Positions 59,416 to 64,000 of a stretch of 64,000 nt of DNA are shown piece by piece; positions within the stretch are counted from its first letter, which is position 1; each line of letters begins with the position of its first letter. Source of the DNA: Syntrophales bacterium. GTDB lineage: Bacteria > Desulfobacterota > Syntrophia > Syntrophales > UBA4778. Where the stretch lies: contig CAXXQE010000001.1 of NCBI GenBank assembly GCA_963665615.2, positions 637,151 through 701,150 of the forward strand, written 5' to 3'. The position numbers were made by a program, and so were the translations under genes. The notes under the pieces were generated by a model, which did not search any database, was not told where the DNA came from, and worked only from the letters and a program-made list of their open reading frames with translations.

Positions 59416-59901
59416 TTAGTGATCGCCGCAGCCACAGCCGCACGACCCGCAGGAATGAGAATCCGGCTCCAACCCGGACTCAATGATCTCAATATCAAAG
59501 ACAAGTGTTTTACCAGCCAAGGGATGATTTACATCGATTCGGACAATATCGTCGAGCACCTCGGTGCAGACTGCATAGACGGGATCATTGTTCTGGTCGC
59601 GCAATTCCACACCCGCTCCCGCCTTGATGTCTATTCCTTCAGGCACATGGGATTTCGGGAGGTCGAAAATCAGTTCTTCGTTGCGTTCACCATAGCCATC
59701 TGTTGCGGATATTGCGATAGATTTTTTATCTCCCACTGCCATTCCGAGGACGGCGTCATCAAAGCCCTTGATGACTTGTCCCGATCCTACGGTAAATTTC
59801 AATGGCCTGCCGCCATCGGAGGTGTCGAATACTTCTCCGTTTTCGTATTTCCCGATATAGTTGACTAAAATGGTATCGCCTTTTTGTATTGCTTCTGACA
59901 T
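59416..59901 (-). CDS. slyD: FKBP-type peptidyl-prolyl isomerase (SlyD-like)
   Basis: GEVFDTS, G.GQVIKGF, YGE, D.NHPLAGKTL.F, short Cys/His-rich tail. Confidence 0.88.
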   Translation of the reverse strand: MSEAIQKGDTILVNYIGKYENGEVFDTSDGGRPLKFTVGSGQVIKGFDDAVLGMAVGDKKSIAISATDGYGERNEELIFDLPKSHVPEGIDIKAGAGVELRDQNNDPVYAVCTEVLDDIVRIDVNHPLAGKTLVFDIEIIESGLEPDSHSCGSCGCGCGDH

Positions 59902-59928
59902 GTAAGCCGTCCTCCCATTGTTTGGGGC

Positions 59929-59957
59929 ATGATAGAGTGTGCGTTGTATAAAGTCAA
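59929..59957 (-). promoter_or_regulatory. Putative sigma-70 promoter of slyD-queD-folE2
   Basis: Minus strand TTGACT-N17-TATCAT. Confidence 0.6.
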
Positions 59958-60202
59958 TTTTTTAAAACTACGGGTATTTTCACGGTAAAGGGATTGATGG
60001 TGCCTCAAGAGCGGAAAAATCAGTTTGACATAGAGATGTCAAGTAATATATGAACACGGAAACCGTGCACCAGCGGGTGATGCCATTTATCATCAAGGGC
60101 AATCAGGAAGCGACTTATCGGATTGTAGTGTTGATCTTTGTTGTCGCATTCCCCAACTCTGATCTGGCCGTCGTTTAAGGTACATCTGTAAGGAGAAGGC
60201 CT

Positions 60203-61204
60203 ATGAAAAGGACGCTTTGGTGTTTGGGTCTCATCGTTGTCCTCTTTGTTTTATCATTGTCCGGTGCATTTGCTGAAACGCGTTATACCGTGAAGCCCGG
60301 AGATACCCTCTGTAAGATCGCAAAAAAATTCAGTTTGAAGCCTCAGGACCTTCGGGAAGCCAACGGCCTGAAAGGCAGTGCCTTGACCCGCAATCAGACG
60401 CTTGTCATTCCGGTTAAGGGGGCTACAGCGAAATCCGTGTCTAAGGAGGGAAAGCGGCAAACCGCAGGGCTCCAGGGGAAGAAAGGCTTTGAAGAGACGG
60501 AACTTTACCGAGTGAAGAAGGGCGATACCTTGAAGAGCATTGCCGCCGAGGTGAATTGTTCGGAAAGTCAACTCCGCAAAATGAACCATCTGAAATCAAA
60601 ACGTTTGAGAGTGGGACGAAACCTGTTAGTGCCGAAACTGAAGGAATCGGAAGAGCAACTGGCGGATCTCAACGGCGGGGAAGAGGCCGACGACACTCCC
60701 GCGGCTGTTGCGGAAGAAGAGGTCCGGCAGGAGCGGCAGAAAACCAGCGCGACCTGTTCCGTCGGTCGGTGGAACGGCAACGATGAACGCTGCCTCTTTA
60801 TTAGGGTCGTTAAAACTTTCCTCGGCGTTCCCTATCGCTATGGCGGTTCCACGTTGAGGGGTATTGACTGTTCAGCCTTCACGAGGCGGGTCTATGAGAT
60901 CGTCGATGTCCAGCTTCCCAGGACCGCGAGAGAACAATCCATGCAGGGCAAGTGGGTTAAACAGGATGAGTTGCAGGAAGGCGATCTGGTTTTTTTCAGG
61001 ACGCGTCGCGTCAATGATCACGTTGGAATCTACATAGGGAACAATCAATTCGTTCACCTATCCTCGAGGAATAAAGAGGCTAAGATCGATAATCTCGGAG
61101 AGCCTTATTTTCAGAAACGCTTTATCCGTGGTGTACGCGTCAAGGAATTAATTGAGGAAAAGGACGCTTCACCGAGAGCCGCCTTGGCCAACCCACAACC
61201 ATAA
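60203..61204 (+). CDS. LysM x2 plus NlpC/P60 peptidoglycan endopeptidase
   Basis: Signal peptide; YTVKPGDTL and YRVKKGDTL; GVPYRYGG...GIDCSAF...LPRTA...HVGIY...FVH. Confidence 0.93.
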   Translation: MKRTLWCLGLIVVLFVLSLSGAFAETRYTVKPGDTLCKIAKKFSLKPQDLREANGLKGSALTRNQTLVIPVKGATAKSVSKEGKRQTAGLQGKKGFEETELYRVKKGDTLKSIAAEVNCSESQLRKMNHLKSKRLRVGRNLLVPKLKESEEQLADLNGGEEADDTPAAVAEEEVRQERQKTSATCSVGRWNGNDERCLFIRVVKTFLGVPYRYGGSTLRGIDCSAFTRRVYEIVDVQLPRTAREQSMQGKWVKQDELQEGDLVFFRTRRVNDHVGIYIGNNQFVHLSSRNKEAKIDNLGEPYFQKRFIRGVRVKELIEEKDASPRAALANPQP

Positions 61205-61383
61205 TATTATCATTACATCATGCTTTTCTGCCAATCAAGAACCCAGGGCGTGCTATTGCGCCTCCTTTCTCGTCAGCAGGCGCATTGGCCGCAGACTGCC
61301 GGAGTCTGGCCAGCGAATCCTTTCTAAGCATCTTCTTTAAGTATCGGCGCTTGCTCCGAAAAATATCCGATTTTAGGAAACGT

Positions 61384-62239
61384 TTACCGAGCCGGCAGGT
61401 TGTTCCGGCCTGAACCGTTCAGGTAGTCCGTCCTGAGCCTTCTCCTCGCGACTTCCCGGGTCGGCACCGGCGGGGTGAAGTCGAAGACGGTCTGAAGAAA
61501 CGTCATGACGATGCTGAAGGTTGCTCCCCACAGGATATCCTCCTGTCCGGACGGGGCGGGCTGGGTAAAACAGGGGAACAACGTTTCCTCGCATGTTCTG
61601 TTGTCGCAAGGACTCGCCGTTTCGATCGTAAGCATTGCATAGTGCGCCGAATCGAAAAAGTGTTCGAGGGGAATCTCCAGGATCCTTTCCACCTCGTGAT
61701 TCGGGATGAGTCGGGCGGGGTTTTTTACGAAACCGACAACGGGGAAGATCACCTTGGTGAATAGAACGAGACTGCGGCTCGGTAAGGGGCCCAGAAAATC
61801 GACCTGAAAGGGACTCAGGCGTATTTCCTCCCAAGACTCCCTCAGGGCGGTCGTCAGAAAGAGCGTGATGTGCTTGAAGTCGTTCGCCCCACGTTGCTCG
61901 ACATACTGCCGCACCGGGGGGGCTTAGAAAGGGCAGGTGCCGGCTCGCTACAAGGGGGCGAAGCAACGCATCTTTACGATCCAACATGCCCCCCGGACAA
62001 CTCAGATCCCCTGCCTGGGACACAGTGGCCGATCGTTTGATGAGCAGCAGGCGCCAGTCGGACAGCGCTCCGGCCTCCTGATGATAGGTCAATGGAACCA
62101 GCACCCCCGCCGCACTCCAGATATCGCGTTGCCTTTCAATGCACAGGAGCCTATCCGAATAATCGATCGGGACATTTCCCAGTTTTTCGATCGTTCGGTT
62201 CAGAAAGCGTGTTTTATCCGTTAAAAACTCAGTCATCAT
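61384..62239 (-). CDS. Nudix hydrolase (CoA pyrophosphatase-like); frameshift in a C7 run at 61916-61922
   Basis: AAGVLVPL, LIKRS..V.QAGDLSCPGG in one frame; TALRESWEEIRL and ILWGAT in the other. Removing one C joins them (SPPVRQY). Confidence 0.85.
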
Positions 62240-62304
62240 AGGAAAAGAGGCATTTGTTCTATCGTCGGTAAAAGGTCTATTGATGCGTCGTCCCAGTCAG
62301 AAGA

Positions 62305-62419
62305 TTGAAGACTCACCGGAGCAAGCCCCAGCGAATCTCCGATCCTTAACGAAGATGTCTAAACATGATTCGTTGGCTGCCCGGCATGCTGTGAGGAATG
62401 CACTTACTGCCGGATTCAA
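62305..62419 (+). repeat. Degenerate ~115-bp dispersed repeat, copy 2 (TTGAA...TTCAA ends)
   Basis: Aligns with 42761-42863; its GACTCACCGGAGC start also occurs at 6243-6255. Confidence 0.6.
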
Positions 62420-62579
62420 CGGGATAGAGTGATTCTACCACGGGTTCAGCGGCAGTGGTCAATTTTTTCAATTCTTTTTGTTCAATTTCTAATTATTTTG
62501 TTGGAGACTGCCGAAATATAGATGTTGTAAAATAACGGCCAATCGGTAAAATATCCGCAGGTATTAGGAGGATAAACCG

Positions 62580-63266
62580 TTGCTGACCCCGGATAAATAC
62601 GACAAGTTGCTCAAGCAGATTCCCTTTCTATCGAAACTGTCGGAAGTGGAATTGCGCCGGATCATCATCCGCAAGCATTTCAGTAAAAATCAGGTGATTC
62701 TCTATGAAGAGGACACGGCGAAGTTTATCTATTTCATCTACTCAGGCAAGGTCAAGGCTGTTCAACTGAGTGTAGATGGTAAGGAACGGATTCTTGCCAT
62801 TCATAAAAAGGGCGATTTCTTTGGAGAAATGGCTATTCTTGACGGCAAGAGTTCCCCGGCGACGATTGTGGCTATGGAGGACGCCGAGATCGGTTTTATC
62901 TCAAAAGAGGACTTCGATTGGTACCTTATGAAAAATGAGGAGGTGGTCAAGGGCATTATTGCCATGCTGTGTGAGAGATTGCGAGAAGCGTGGCTGATGT
63001 TGAAGGTAACGAGCTTCGCGGATGCCGAACATCGAATGAGGGCTGTTCTCGCTCATCTCGGCGATCAGTTCGGTATCAGTGACGTCAGAGGGCGAATGAT
63101 TAATTTGAAGCTAACTCATAAAGATCTCGCTCACCTGGCTTCCATCTCCCGTGAGACGGCAACACGCTTCCTCAACAGTTTTGAAAAAAATGGTGAAATT
63201 GAGATCCTGGAGAGCAAAACCATCCTCTTAAAGCATGAATTTCTTGAGAAACTTAACACTTTGTGA
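62580..63266 (+). CDS. Crp/Fnr family transcriptional regulator
   Basis: cNMP-binding domain (GDFFGEMAIL) and HTH LTHKDLA.LASISRETATR; AGGAGG RBS with TTG start. Confidence 0.92.
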   Translation: MLTPDKYDKLLKQIPFLSKLSEVELRRIIIRKHFSKNQVILYEEDTAKFIYFIYSGKVKAVQLSVDGKERILAIHKKGDFFGEMAILDGKSSPATIVAMEDAEIGFISKEDFDWYLMKNEEVVKGIIAMLCERLREAWLMLKVTSFADAEHRMRAVLAHLGDQFGISDVRGRMINLKLTHKDLAHLASISRETATRFLNSFEKNGEIEILESKTILLKHEFLEKLNTL

Positions 63267-63277
63267 TCCCCATCACA
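63262..63277. promoter_or_regulatory. CRP-type binding site
   Basis: TGTGA-tcccca-TCACA, a perfect consensus. Confidence 0.7.
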
Positions 63278-63427
63278 TCATATCCTCCCAAAATCATCTA
63301 ACAAATAATCTGGAAACATCGGACCGGCGCTCAGGTGCGGGCACCTGCGTTCTGGTATTTGTGCACCGCTTGAAATTCATCGAATCGATAGAGGACGATG
63401 CGAAAACCCGGAACAATAATCGATCTA

Positions 63428-63443
63428 TGTGATGTATGTCACC
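63428..63443. promoter_or_regulatory. CRP-type binding site
   Basis: TGTGA-tgtatg-TCACC, one mismatch from consensus. Confidence 0.6.
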
Positions 63444-63523
63444 TCGAATAATCGCAGCATAGCCGATAATAGGTTCGAAAGGATAGGCGTATCAACAACC
63501 TTAGGGTCGGGAGGTGCAAGGCG

Positions 63524-63811
63524 ATGCAAGTCCTTTATTTGACAATCTGGAAACTCGTCAAGGGAGCTGTTTTGATCGTACTCTTGGTCGGTCTGCTCAA
63601 TTTTGTTTTAACGCCTGGCGGTTTTGAGGAAAAGATGGCTGGTGCCTATGTGAAAACGTCATGCCAGATTGGAGAGGTGGCCCGCATCGGCAGAACCGTC
63701 TTCGTTGATGAAAGCGACAATATGGTCCAGGTCGTCGGCAGTGGTGTCTGGAAACTGAGACAGGAGGAAGATCGCTCAATCAGGATGAGCATAGGGCCTT
63801 CTGGGGACTGA
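63524..63811 (+). CDS. Small hypothetical membrane protein
   Basis: GGAGG RBS and N-terminal TM helix; 95 aa. Confidence 0.6.
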   Translation: MQVLYLTIWKLVKGAVLIVLLVGLLNFVLTPGGFEEKMAGAYVKTSCQIGEVARIGRTVFVDESDNMVQVVGSGVWKLRQEEDRSIRMSIGPSGD

Positions 63812-63826
63812 GTGGAGAAAAACCGG

Positions 63827-64000
63827 ATGAGTAAGGTCTGCATTGCCAAAAGAAGGACGTTGTCAAGATCTCATGGCGACAGTTCCGTTGTTCTAAAGGG
63901 GCTTCCGGAGATTTCATGCATCAAGGATCACCTTGAGGACGTGATTTCGGTCAAGGTACCCGTCGAACGGGGGGCCATTCAGCGCAGCGCCAATGCCGAA
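63827..64000 (+). CDS. Hypothetical protein (partial; runs off the right edge)
   Basis: GGAG RBS; open frame MSKVCIAKRRTLSRSHG... to the window end. Confidence 0.4.
   Translation, partial: MSKVCIAKRRTLSRSHGDSSVVLKGLPEISCIKDHLEDVISVKVPVERGAIQRSANAE

Noticed and set aside
60050..60200. c-di-AMP or c-di-GMP riboswitch upstream of the NlpC/P60 gene
   Set aside because: The context is suggestive, but the conserved ydaO and GEMM sequence motifs are absent.
1..64000. tRNA, rRNA, transposase, integrase, prophage or defence genes
   Set aside because: None recognised. Nearly all long stretches are explained by the listed CDSs.

Overview
Mostly housekeeping and accessory chromosome from an anaerobic bacterium. 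Gene content and many sigma-54 systems suggest Desulfobacterota/Syntrophales; this is an inference. Left to right: a minus-strand pgpA-cinA-thpR-recA-recX-alaS operon with alaS running off the left edge; dinB with a LexA(Cheo)-like palindrome; a chagasin-type inhibitor plus papain-family protease pair; two divergent PEP-CTERM genes with sigma-54 promoters and repeated TGT-N11-ACA enhancer-like sites; a ~200-nt candidate structured RNA or MITE; msrB; alpha-2-macroglobulin plus pbpC; an unusual kdp locus (AlgB/KinB-like sigma-54 two-component pair, two small membrane peptides missing from the ORF track, kdpFABC, and a kinase-less KdpD-USP-PTS EIIA fusion); glgB; mlaEFD; two divergent tandem ddl genes plus an alanine racemase with a ~270-aa unknown C-terminal extension; an NtrC-type regulator and a chemotaxis operon with unusual accessory genes; SnoaL-like and FMN reductase genes; slyD-queD-folE2; LysM-NlpC/P60; Nudix; and a Crp-family regulator followed by two CRP boxes. 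Five genes are split by single-base indels in homopolymers, probably sequencing or assembly errors, and kdpA carries a 23-nt excess. No tRNA, rRNA, CRISPR array or transposase was seen.
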